Part shown: positions 1 to 13,451 of the stretch, piece by piece | How the letters are laid out: each line of letters opens with the position of its first letter | How positions within the stretch are numbered: the first letter of the stretch is position 1 | DNA from: Phoronis australis | Taxonomy: Eukaryota; Animalia; Phoronida | Reading direction: 5' to 3' | Assembly: GCA_002633005.1 (NCBI GenBank) | Contig: NMRA01000354.1 | Location: forward strand, 1-64,000 | DNA: 64,000 nucleotides | Program-made: the position numbers and the translations under genes | The notes under the pieces: generated by a model | The model's database searches: none | Seen by the model: the letters and a program-made list of their open reading frames with translations, nothing else | What the model was told of the DNA's origin: nothing

Positions 1-1446
1 AAGACTGCCTATCCACTTTATTCCCCAAAGAAATTATTGGATAAATGTCGTCTATTGAAACTGTTTCCATGTTAATGCCGACTCACAGTTACAACGTTCG
101 AATGGTGGTAACATCGTTATGTGTAGTTACGATTCGATATTCCACACAGATTTGCTATACAGTGAAATTCCTGTGTTGTTCCGCTCATTGGTGTGACGTC
201 GTGTGGCAACTCGGGAGATTTCATCTACGGCGCTGTTGTTTTCCAAATGTCCATAAGTTATGTAATATGTCGCCGGATGTTTACGAACCGATAACTGTCC
301 ACAATGATTTTAAAATCCCCACATTAAATGCACCAATATCAAATAATATCAGTTTAGAACCAATGAGGTGTTTCATTACCCTGGACAGTTCAAAGAAACT
401 GCACAGCTAAAATTTATAAATCAAAATTTCTGATTAATAAAACAAAGTGATGTCGTTTAATTTTATTTTTACTAAGTCAGGCGAAGTTTTAAGTGAAGTC
501 GTCAAACATTGTGGGAGAAATGGGTTGTCCCCCCACCGACCCCCATGATTATGGATACGCCCTAGGATCACATGCACGCGGTGTTTTAGTTAGCAGCAAA
601 GTAAAGCGGCGAACGTCAGCTCCAAAAACGACGGAGTAGAAAACTATGCATGTATGAAAACTGCACTTTTTATGAGTAAACGCTGGGGGTGATCTGGTCA
701 GAAACACTCGATAACTGTCAAAACACAAGTAGCGTCACTTGAGAAAACGAGTACAAAAACATGTTTGGGATGAGAATGTCGATAGGAACTAAATGAAAAT
801 TCTCAAGCGTATGTATTTTTTCATTTTTTTAAACTGAGATGATGCAACATTAATTCATGTATTGCTGAATAATAGTCTTCCATTTCAAAATAGCCTTCCG
901 TTAACGTATCACGAGTTATTTAGTTTATATGCCAGTAAAGTCAACTTCAGTTCGTTGTATTTATCTAATCAAGTCATTCTTTGATAAGGGACTTTTCATA
1001 TTGGCGCTCTCTAGAGTTATGAGAGTACAAAAGTGACTTCCGATTGACCCCGACTCAGATTTGGTGGACAGAAATTCAGTTACTATATAGCGGTTCATTA
1101 ATTCAAAAGCAGAGGAATAAATTACTCTGCCATCCTCTCTCAATGTTTGATTGCTTAAGTTCACTGATTTATTTTAACTTTTTGACACCGTTTGCTTTCT
1201 CGCGGATACTTCTTCACAGCGGGAAATGTATGGACATGATGTTTTTGTTCATCCACTTATATTTCAAAAGGCTTGTATTTTTTCGTAGGACATCAATACT
1301 TACTACCCTTCAGCAATGAAAATTTGCTCGCATTATCATGCCAGGAAAGGTGTAAAACGCATTTTATACCAGGTTGAAAGCTTCCGTCTGCATTACATGT
1401 GACCTGTAGGTGGCGCTGAACTTCTGTCCATCAAAGACCTGGGTAA

Positions 1447-1535
1447 TGTTCAGTAACGCTAGGACCTCGCTAAAAAGCAAGACTTGGCGAAATTACGTGA
1501 GATGTTGCCCAGTCTTTTAAATGGAAACATGTGCA
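1447..1535 (-). repeat. Fragment of dispersed MITE family shared with 7330-7478 and 23590-23676
   Basis: gttcagtaacgctaggacctcgctaaaaagcaagacttggcgaaattacgtgagat is the reverse complement of atctcacgtaatctcgcgaagtcttgctttttagtgaggtcctagcgttactgaac (~7414-7470), with few mismatches. Confidence 0.7.
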
Positions 1536-4500
1536 TGGCTCCCTTGGCCCNCCTAAATCCGCCACTGAAACCCTATGTGGGTTATCTTTATGACAATGAA
1601 TGAATCATGTGCCTAGTCGGTACGAGCAGCGCCACCTGTTTGCCCTTGGTCGAGTGGGTACCTTTTGTCTCAACTACGACTAATTGTTACTTTACGGTAT
1701 AACTTGTAAAAGAACACGAGTTAGCATTACAAATACGAAGAGAACCCTAAATGTCCATTCGTTTGGAAAGAAATGCAAATTCAGTTGTGTGACTGAAGTT
1801 TGAATTCCCTAAATTTAAAAAATAATGATTTGTCTAGAATTAAATGGAATTGTGATTGATGTAATTTTTGAGTCACCTGGAAGACGCCTCCAATTTGTTT
1901 TATTGCACTATCTTGTAGATTGAACCTACGAGAGCATGCGCAATCCCACTAGATTATGTATCGTTATTCAACTAGATTCGAATAGCGGTGCCTCTTTAAA
2001 ACTTGAAGTCTTACATTATAAGTTTTTATGCCTGGTGGTCTATTTACTAGGTAAGCCAGCGTGTATTTTCTTACTCATACGGAGTATATTAGTCAACGCA
2101 AAAATAGTTCACTTTCGTCGTTTTGCTCGGTAGATGGCGCTTCTGTAAACATGGTGGCTAGCGATTCTTGTCATACTATAGGCAGTAGTCCGTTTCTAAA
2201 TCAACGTAAGTGTTACAAAATAACTGCTGTAAATGCCGACTCACAACAATCCCCCAACCGGGAATCTAGCCTGGACCGGCCATGTATTCCTCTACGGTTG
2301 TACCCGTATAAAATGCGACGATCATCGAACGGAGGTGATGTCATGAACGTTGGGGATCAAGTTCTCTTGAGGGATCCACCAACATGTGACGTCAAGGGAA
2401 ATAATTTCAATAGTTCGCTGATATTTGAACGAGTTCAAAAATAAAGTGGTTAATTAAGACAAAACACTGTTTACTTACACAAGTTGATGAACAATGATCA
2501 ATATTACGGCATTCTATTTGTAAAATCATCGTTAATTGTAGGAATTACGATGTATCGAAGACGGCAACAGAAGTCCCACCAGATCTCGCCTAATCACTCC
2601 ACTCGACGAGTTTTGGTAAGGTGATTATGGCATACGCAGTACAGGCTAGGGTTCTCCTATGGACATAAATGCTAGTAGTCACATACTTTACGTTACGTTT
2701 CGTGTGAACTTACGAACTCTGGGAGACGAACATCTTGTTAGACTGTGGTGTATAGATATTTTGGTCAAATCATTATTAATGAAGATATGATGATATAGAA
2801 TTACATTATTACTACCCGAGTATTGGACTCTGATTTGATTAACCTATTCTCTCTAGTACTTCGGCGAAAATGTAATAAATTGTTAAATCAAGTATCTGGG
2901 AAAATTATACATGTAGCAATATAATTCTCTATTGTTATTATGTTAAGCATGGTGACACGGTGAAGCTAATAGAGAAATTGATGTGAACGTTCTATTCACT
3001 TAATTTCTTGTTACTGTGTATTATTTGTGAAATGAAAGGTGCAGAGATTTGGGTGTTCTCACTTGCTAATTCATAGAAATTTTTCGTGTCGTCGCTATTT
3101 TTGAAAATACGCCTTACGACCAAACAAAAAGACAAGACTTGGGGCGAGTGCGGAAGATATATAACGTATACTTGGTATATGTTTAAGCATATTGTCTGCT
3201 GGATACGACTGCTTCAAATGAAGCGCCATAGCTACGGCAACAATATGGGCGGCACGCACGATTGGGGATATTCTGTAAATTAAATTTAATTTGTTAAATG
3301 CATTTATCGTCATTATTTTGACATTTGTCACTTTTACTTTTATATAAATCCATAGGGTTTATTTTGCATTACTCATCTTTATTTAAAGCCTCAGGGATCT
3401 ACTTTTGTATTCATGCATTTCTCTACTCGACACCTGATTGGTCAATCGTATTTCCGTTGTTCAAGTTAACGTGGTTTAGTTCATTCAGCCATCCACNNCC
3501 ATCCCGGGTGCCCGTTCATTTTTTTTCTCATCATGCATTTTCTGGCAGGCCTTTTCAGTTTTTTCTTTTGTTTATAATCTTTTCTTTGTTCTCTTTCTTT
3601 AGGCCCTTCAGGCAGTTTTTAAGTCTTTTGTTTTGGTTCCGTCATTAACGACAATTCATTGTACGCGCCGGTGGTGTTTTTTCCATGCTCATCTTGGAGA
3701 GACTTCTTTATAATAAATGACCTTATTCGCAATCCTCATCTGGTTTTGCTCTGCAACACTGCTCATGGCGTACCCCGGGCAACATAGAATACGATAAAAA
3801 GGCTTCTGTATACCGAAGGTTTTGGAAGGTACGGTTATATGGACCGGGTGACATTTATTTATTTCTGTCAGAATTTTGTTAGAGACTAATTGACTGTGAC
3901 GTTCAAAATTGGCATTCTGTTATTAATAATTCGGCTAATCAAAACGGAACTGCAGTGTTTAGATGCTTATTCGCGAGATTAAGGTGCTCAATACACAGGT
4001 TTTATATTGAAACACTGCGGTACGCAAGTCTACCAGAGCATCTGTCAGATTGAAAACGTGGTTCATTTTATGTGTCGCAGACCTGTCGTGGGTGATGTTC
4101 GCCGAAATTGGTTGATAAAAAATGATAGACAATACAAGTGTTGTTACGTTATTTCAAAGTCATGATGTTTGTGAATTAAAAAGTCCGGCGCTCTGTATTT
4201 CAAAAGCAACAGTGCTAAGACACGATAAGTTACTCCACATCATTGCTATGGCTTATCGTAAGCCAGAAAAGATGGGAGTCGTCTAGTCTCTGCTGTTACT
4301 AGTCTGGAGTGTTCTAATGTTAAACTGGGGTATTGAGTATTTGGATATTGAATCACTAATTACTCTGTAAGAGTAAACATGCAGTCTACTATTTTATAAG
4401 GGGCCAGAGGCTCACAGTAGAATAATAGCGTTCAAGCTCATAAAACTTAAACATCCATACAATCACAAACTTGTAACATCTCACGGAAAACTCGCTTTTA

Positions 4501-7329
4501 GCGCTCAATAACCCCTTCTTTCAAAATATGTAGGTTATACCATTTTCTTGATCCACGTAATCTATCCAAGGACAGCGGATTGTGTGTACACAGTCGAAGT
4601 TAATTTTTTCACCAAGTGCAAAAATTAAACTTTGCTAATACGAGGATTGCAATTTCCGGTTTACAGTAAACGAAGTGTGGTCTTGCTGAAGCTCACAGAA
4701 AATCATTTCAAGCAAGGTCGTTGACACACGGCAATTTTATAGCTGTTCAAAGTGCGTCACTTTCCTCCCATCAACATCTCAAGGAATACCCCTTTAAGAT
4801 GGAAAGGGAAACGTTGAGCCTGGAGTGAAGATAAAGTGGTTTGAATGACGTTACGAGAGTCCAGTGGCCACGGTAGATCAACCCGCTGAAAATGACTGCT
4901 GCAGAATTTTTTAATACACGATTCAAATATTAAATTGCATCATATTAATTCGAATAACGGATAAAAATGTCAATCACATCAGAAGTAAAATGTGTTATGT
5001 TCACAAGTTTGTTAATTCATCAATCCAGAGTTTAATTAGACCTTTGGCGTTGAAACGTTAGTGCCGTAGGAATGCACTTCTTTGAAAACGACTATAACAC
5101 AGTAATTTTTGTGGATTTTTAAATTCCAACTGTTATGAGAAGCAAGTTTGATAAGTACTAAGATATGAAAAAGATATATTAAAAGTGACAACAAACACGT
5201 CTTAAATAGTACGAGAATGAGAATGCAATCTTAAATAAAACAACTTTGGCCGGCGAACCATGACTGCCCTTGAGATAAGACTACGTGACGGGCTTTTTCC
5301 TGTCCTCTGAAAGAATACTGAGTTTGGAAACAACTGAACCCTAGTGGATAGGATGTGCATAGCGAAACACTCTCTGTGGGCGTCATCAGTTAATATCCTT
5401 CCTCCAGTAACAGACAATCCAAATGTACGGTCGTGACGTCATTGATTCTTTTTTAAACTTGTCTGCTTTCGAATGAGATAGGTCTTCACCACCTCTACAC
5501 TCCTATACTCCTACAAAGCTTCAGAAACAGTTCAGTTGGCCAATCTATGGAACCAGTGTCTAAACAGCCACTACCATGCACCAAGAATACAGAGGCGTGT
5601 TCAGTGCATTGTAAAAAGCTATGCTTATCAGCATGTTTCTTTGTTTAGTCGTTTGGTCCCCTGATGAATATTGTGAGTCTACTGACAACAACTAACAGCA
5701 TAGGTCCTTTAAGTCAGTAGGATGGCTTGAACCAATTACGTCACATTATGTGAGTCAATCGTGTCTTACTACAGACTCATTTACCAGTGGGTGTTATACT
5801 GGCGGTTCGCCCAGATCACTAATTTGTGGCTTCGGTTCGTGTTGAGAAAGTCGAATTCACAGTTAAGTTAACGACACTTGGTTTCTTTTTTTGTTTATTG
5901 TCTGCACTTAGGCAGTCGAACTTTGCAGTCCGTTTCCGAATGGTTAGTCCTTATCATTATGATCATTCGGACGCGTGTCGGTGCTATTGAGAGATTTCAT
6001 GCAGTATAAGTTTTCGCGACTGCAACGGAATGTGCTATCCTGTCAGTACGCCAGGAAACGGGTTGTATAGACACACTTGCAGTTTCACAAAATAAATATT
6101 ATGAGTGCAGGATAATGGAGCCAATTTTACTACTTATATCAATAGCAGGCACTTCATTGTTCATTTAATCATTTGTAATAATTGTGCTTCACGATAAGGG
6201 AGCCCATAAATGAACTAGAAATACAGAAATGCACAAGACCGTCACTAGCCATGTACTTAGACAGTTTTCAATTCAATTAAACCGCCATTAAACCCGACGT
6301 GCTTTCTGTCAAAAACAAGTTTTGATTTGATCCACTTACCGTTTTAAAATTGATCGTGACTTGCTCAGTTAAAAAGAATTTGTGTAATCTAGAGGAACTG
6401 ACAATTTTTTTTCTATAGACCAAGCTACTAAAATTTCTGATCAGACGTTATGGACTTGGTCTAAAGAATTGGCGAATTGCTAGTTCTTTCCAGGCTAAGA
6501 ATTTCCTCTGTTTTGTTTAAGGAAAAAGACAATTTCATCCTGTTAATTGACCTAAATAACAACTTGATTTTTGATAGAAAGATCGAGTTCAATGCCGCTT
6601 TAAATCAGAAAAAAATCGTGGTTCAGTGTGCTGAGTGCCTCATTAAGCTAAGTCCCTGTTCGCCCTGTCCCCTCCCCAATCCTCCAGAACTAGGGTAGTG
6701 TATTGTGATGAGCGATGTGTTTTGGTGTTTTTAGCGCGCGACTGCTTCTGGTAGGAAACGCCCGAGTCATCATGACTTGGAAGGGTTGACATGAATCTTT
6801 GACGTTGACAATAATCATGGGATCTAGTGGCACTGCGCAGCAACCGCATACTACGGGAGCAGTAATTAATAATTTTTTAACGATTACACATTGTTGAACG
6901 ACATGTAAAGTTTCATTTGTAAATGTCAAATTACTTATTAATAGCAGGGCTCTATCTGTCATTGCAAATCATGCCAGGCCAAAGAAAATAACACACTCGG
7001 TTTGTTTTGCAACATGCGTCGTGCTATTAAGCGAATAAAGCACCCTACCGTATCACTTCTAGCAATACTCATTTTTGAAATTACCTGATCGTATTAAAGG
7101 TAGTTTATTTTACAAAGTGATTTGGAAATCAAGTGATAATCACTCTTTTCATGGCCTCGATTGGTTAGGAACAGTTTTCCAAATACAAGCGGAGCGGTTG
7201 TCAGTCGTGGTCACAGCAAACCTCCCACCCCTCCCCGACTCCCACAGCTCGTGTTATTTGACCTTTTTTTTAAACTTCACACTAAGATTCCGCATCACAC
7301 CATCAATTCTTCAAGAACAGACCGGGTGT

Positions 7330-7478
7330 GCGCTCAGTCGACGCTAGGACCTACGCTAGGACCTAGCTAAAACGTAGTCAAAGTCACGTGTTCTCATTTA
7401 AAATGCACGGAAATATCTCACGTAATCTCGCGAAGTCTTGCTTTTTAGTGAGGTCCTAGCGTTACTGAACGGGAGGCA
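7330..7478. mobile_element. Short MITE with terminal inverted repeats; 3 copies in window
   Basis: Left gctcagtcgacgctaggacc is inverted relative to right ggtcctagcgttactgaac. Homologous segments occur at ~1447 and ~23590. Confidence 0.55.
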
Positions 7479-10400
7479 GAACCAATTGTGCTTTTTGGCC
7501 TTACATCAGTTGATTCTTTTGTTCCAATAGTACTGATAATCTCGCGGAAATCTGCGCAGCACATTAGTAATCACTATAGAGTCCAAAGTAAAAATCAATT
7601 ATTTCCATTTTCCTCTGTGACTTTTTGTCATACATAAATATACACTAAACCGAAATGTTCTTATTTAATGTAATCTACTATCAGGACTCGTACACTAAAC
7701 CATCATGACCGTCTACTTTCGATTGGAAAATAGTCTGCGAGCTTTCAAACAGCTACAGTTTTGGGGATGGAGGTTGCATTGCGCTTATCAAAGTCTGGAG
7801 ACTGAACAAGGCCCGGTAACTTTCACTGAAGACGCACCCAAGAACTGGCGACAAACGTCTTGACTATTAAGAAATGTTTGAGCTTATAATAAACGGTAGA
7901 AATCTTGAAAACTTTCTGAATTTTGAGACAGAGCATGCGGAAGTGGAAATGTCAATCGTAGTTTTCCAAAACCGAAGCGGTCAGCCTTTATATCGGCTTG
8001 TTTACAAAGGAAGTAACGATGATTGGCAACGATTTTTTGAAACGTCGCCTTTTGCAAGGGCAAATAGCAAAACATCAAAGCTCAGATGTATAAAAGTTCT
8101 ACGCTTGACAGCGACAATGACGTCACATTAGCACACGTCACGTTGCTAATGTTGTATAATGTACTTCGTGTAACAATCAAACTTTTCCAGCGAATAAATT
8201 TTCAAGTTTTATGCAACCCAACCCTGATGACGTTAGCAGTGATCACCTACATTGCACTAGATTCTACGTAATTTAACTATCGCGTAGCAGCTGGACATAA
8301 AATTATACAATATATATCTGAAACAAAACAGTTGTTTTCCACAAAGCTTCGTTTGTGTTGCACACTGTCCATATCGCAAAACAACACAAACTATAACAGC
8401 ATAAGTATTGCTTTAAAATCTAGTCCCGGGGCTTACACGTACATTCAGATAAGTTTGCATAACAGAAACACTGAATTACGTTTGGACCACGCACCTGTTT
8501 TTTTGATTTTCCAGGTACGAAGTGAGTACGATACTGTCTACTTTGACAACTACGGGCTTGATTGTCAACAAGTTACTCTCCATAAGAAGTTAATGTTTGA
8601 ATTGTTATTGATGAGATTGACAGCTAGAGAGTATATTGACTAATAAAGCTGACTTGGTGTCGTGACACAGTTTGGTGAGCTCTTTCTCCTCTCTAGACGT
8701 TTGGTAAAAGTTAAACAAGGTATACGTTCAATTTTGCTGCCTTATTTAACTTCCAAACAAAATTGCCGATATTATAGAACAATCTGGGAATGTTATTGTT
8801 TCATTTCCATTGCCACTTTCCAAGGATTTGGCCCGCAGTGGGAGTATGAGTAATAATTTTAAGATTAATCGCATGGTTGACAACGGGCGTAATTCAAGTT
8901 GACATGCCATTTATTACGTTTTCTACATCCAAGTTATCTCTAAATTTTTACATTTGTTTCGTAACACGATTCCGAGGAACAATACTAATCCCAGCAAGTA
9001 TACGATAAACTTATAATACAATATTGCTCAATAAAATTAATAACATTTAAATTCTTGTTCAACAATTCAAATTGATGGAAGTCTTTCAGTTCCCGTTATC
9101 AACCAAAGATGGCGAAGCGATCGTCAAGCCTCTAAATTTCCATAAAGAACACGAAACCTTTAGCTATAGTCGACTACATTGATTTCTTAGAGGCAACGTT
9201 TCACTGAATATTTTCTTTGTAACATCGGCACGATTCTTCGAAAACAGCCTGATGAAGCTAATTAGAATGCGTGCACGATATTTGCTAGACATACAGTGAA
9301 AACTAGACAATCGAAATTAATAACCTGTATGCAGTTTATGCTTATTTATAGCTGTTTAAGTACCAATGTGCCGTCTTTATAACTATATTTTATTCTTAAA
9401 AAATGGCTAAAGGGACAGGATCAGCTTTACCACCGAAAAACGCATTTTTAGAATAATTGTTGGGTTGGATAAGCTTATTCAAGTTGTTCATTTTGACCAG
9501 ATCAATAGTACAACAAAATCCGTAGTAATTTGTGATTTTACATGTATTACAAGTACACAATTCTCGCAGTTGGCTGCCAGTCATTCGCTGAAGTCTATGC
9601 GGGCGACTAATTAAGTAAATAAGCTTAAATACTCTCGCTGTATACCGATTGGGGTTAAGCTAAGCTAACAGAGTTGGTCCGCGAATTCGTGAATTCGTGG
9701 CTTTAAATCCGCTTTGGGACTGATATCATAAATCCATTTTCTTGCCGACTGTGCTACTCGCCCAATGAGTCAACGGTGGCCTTTACATGAATGATTCAGC
9801 AAGTAATCTCAGGTGGAGGGTTAGGTCTGTGGAATTTTCTATTCTCTTGTGAGCAACTTAGCAATTTGTCTTAGGTGAGTCATAAATCATTATTCCCACG
9901 GGTAATCCAAACGCAATTATAAAATTAGGCTTTAGCTTGCCGCATACGACGCGAAACGTACACACGTGAATTTGTTCAACCGCAATCAGCGCCCAGTTGG
10001 CATCCACCACACGTAGCACAAAACTCGATCGTCGTTCGTTTCAACGTACCACGATTGCAAAGCAACTATTTTTCTAATAAGAAGCAACGCATGGCTATGA
10101 CAATGAAAACTCTGCGCCTAGGCAAAATACGAATTAATGAGCATAAAAATATCATCAAGCACTCCATATCGGCATGTCCTGTGAATTAACATTTCTGACG
10201 TGATAGTCGGACGCTAAAATTCGTTAACTGCGAAACCAAAATATCTATATCAATAAATAGCATTTAAAGCACTTTCTTGACACAAAATCATGACGACAGC
10301 TAAAACATCATTCATTTTATTGTTATTGACTCATAGTACAATCTATATGGCCACTGCAAACTAATTTTAAAAGATCAAAATATGTTCCCAGAACACAAAA

Positions 10401-11157
10401 CTCCAACTCTATCTTGACCAAATCCCAAAGACTATATTTGTAAATAACTAAGTCGTTAGCAATAGATTTGAATAAACGTGAACTTCAATTGGATTTCGAC
10501 GGAATAAAACCCTTCGCACGGCTCTCCATCTTTCATTACATAGCTGGTGTTTATTTTATTATATTGCTTACTCTATTGTGCACTACATGTAAAAGTGTTT
10601 CTAACACGTAAGGGCATTGCTGTACTTACTTGGAATTATAATGTTTTGAGCCGCTAATTAATGACGATTATTTGATTGAAATTTGGTGAGCCTTGACGAA
10701 TGTTGTTCAACGGTAATTCATGCATGAGTTTCGAAACCCTAGTTTCTTTGAATATCAAAATCTTTTTTATCAACACAAGATCGTGATTATCTACATCCCT
10801 AAATACGACTCTTGAGTGGAAGGGCATGCTCTCCTCGCTTGCGAAAATCACTGATTCTACATCAGGGTAGTCTAATAGGCAAAATGTGTCCCAAATCTTT
10901 CCATCCTGTAATAGAAAATGGTGTCCGTGCTAAGACAAACCATTCAGTGTATCGCTTGGTAAAAGGAATCCCAATATGCCATCAAATTTGGTGGGTGGTC
11001 TATCAATTCACTTCGATGTTAGATATTAATTATTATTGTGGTAGAAATGAGACCAATTCGTTGTCCAGTTCTGGATTCCCATGTTCAGGCCGTGAGTATT
11101 ACAAGGAAATACCTTTTGTCTACGCAAGCTAGAATACTTAATTACAATTCAACTCAC

Positions 11158-11233
11158 CTGTCGGGAATGATGAACATGTGTGAACAAACAGTAGCATAAT
11201 AACCGGTATTAACAAAAGTGGAACAGCTTTCAT
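11158..11233 (-). CDS. Candidate first coding exon of a secreted/membrane protein (signal peptide MKAVPLLLIPVIMLLFVHTCSSFPT)
   Basis: ATG at 11233 in aacATG context, 25 codons with a basic N-terminus, hydrophobic core and small residues (CSS), then a consensus donor CAG|GTGAGT (phase 1), typical of signal-peptide exons. Downstream exons are not securely identified. Confidence 0.55.
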
Positions 11234-13333
11234 GTTCGTTGTAAATGTTTACGCCAACTAGGCTTGAGTACACTTCGAATTTTTCTTCACACAACGCTCA
11301 CTCCGTCTTTTCTTTGCTACCTCAAAACTCCCCGTGTCAACGAGTATCTGGCATTGATATGACAGGAGCCAATTCGTAGTTCGAAAAACAAGTGTGTGCA
11401 GTCAATGTTTGCTGTGATGATTGCGATTGCAAGATCTCCGGTGAAAAAATACTGAAAAATCACGTCTTATCGTTGCTCGCTCAAACTCAGTTGTGTGCTG
11501 GTAGCATTCTGCCACTCGTATTTATTAAGAGCCTCCTTCGCTTGATTAGATAGATCACCGACACACTTGAAATGATTATAGCACGCAGAAGGACTCACAC
11601 CCGCACTGCCTCACGTCACGTGTTGTCGCATAACTCTCCCGCCTTTCGCGCACACCGGGCGTGTGATCGGCTAGGTCATTAACGTATTTATCACTTCCCC
11701 ATGGTTTAACACGGTATTCAATCAGCGTGAAGCCGTAACGGATGCTAAGAGTAGAAGGCTACACGCGCAAAGCCGCGTTTCTCTACATGGCCTCCGTAGA
11801 ACATAAGCATATACTTGAAAGAAAAAACCAACACAGCGTGACAAGTGAAATCGTCACCAAAGCAATTTATGAAGTAGGTCAGTGTTCACGGTGCACAGCC
11901 TAAAGTTAAAATTGAACTTACAATGTAAATGAAAAATCAATGTTTGTTTGCGCGTTTAGCAACAATTTTTTGTCGTGCGTGACTGCGTTTGGACCCAGGT
12001 GAAAATTATCCCGCGATGTTTGTCTTCCGCTACTTGGGTCACTTAGATCAGTCACTGGGGGACTTTCACCAAGTACTTCAGAGCAAGTACTCTATCTATT
12101 GACAAGTCTCTTAGCGATAAGCGAACAGCTCTATTGTCAAGTGAGGTAGTTATTAGCTATTCATTAGGATTATAACAAATCACAAGAATTAGCGGAAAAC
12201 CACAAAATTAACTGCGAAACTTTATTGACTATTACGGGTGTCTGGTGAGGTTTAGTGTCCTGCTGTTGGCATAATCACTACCATCTCGTCTACTTTTTGC
12301 CACCGTCATAAAATTTAAGAAAGTGGGTATGCTTAGCAGTTAATTTCGACTTCGTGAAAAATGTTAACTTTATAATACAGAATTAATGCATGTCACGATT
12401 TGACAACAGACATACCACTGAATATTTTTATTTCTAAAACAGTGAAGCAAAAAATGATACAGAATACCTAGAATATGCCCAAATCGCATTTTCTGACCAT
12501 TAACAAAACTGACGAGAAGACGTATAGTTGCGTTCGCGGATTTTTGTTCTTTCTACACTTCCCCGAGTCGAGCCCGCCTTTGCCATCTTTTAAAATAATT
12601 AAGATGGTGTACAGTTAAAATTATTAAACTCGTATGAATAACATGCAAAAGCGGGTGTCAAGTGTCAGCCTGTGGGATTGCGTATATACTTAACATTACA
12701 AACTCACAAACAGATAGTTTGTGCGTTCGTTTGTAGCCATTCTAGAGACTCGGTAGCCACAGTACATGTAGATGACAGGTGAGCGCAAACCCTCCCCCCG
12801 CCCCCCGCATTCTGCATCTCAAAAATCTAAGTGAAGGATGATTAGCATTTTGTGGCGATTCGATATGTAGAGGGAATTATACATAAGTGTCAAAATTCCT
12901 GATGAATCATTCCATTATGTTTGACAAAAGTAAACTTAGCTATGCACTTGCAAGCAATTTCAGATATTCCAATCTTCCATGATGAAATGCAGTATGTCCC
13001 CAGGCAGGCATTTTTTCTTGCTTATTTTGTAAATATGATGTTTCCTGTTTATTCTTGCATCAATCTGCACAACCGCTTTCCGGAAAACTTGGAAAACTGT
13101 GAACGGGCATACATGAACACGAAAGATAAACTATTCCAATTATCAAAGGTTTCCTGTGAAAGAATATCAACTGAAAGTACTTCTTGAAATTTCGCGTTCG
13201 CGTGTACTACAAAATAACATATATTCGTTACGTAAGTGAAGATTTTTTACCACAAGTACAAGGTTATGTCTTTGGATCTAAGGAACGCAGCACGATGATG
13301 CTGGATAGGAGATAATGGAAAAGAAACAGTCTC

Positions 13334-13451
13334 ATCGAAAAGTACACAAATATGGATTCTGTATAAGGTATATATAAAACAAATATAGGATATCGAAAAG
13401 TACACAAATATGGATTCTGTATAAGGTATATATAAAACAAATATAGGATAT
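13334..13451. repeat. Perfect 58-bp tandem duplication
   Basis: atcgaaaagtacacaaatatggattctgtataaggtatatataaaacaaatataggat occurs at 13334 and 13392. Confidence 0.95.
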
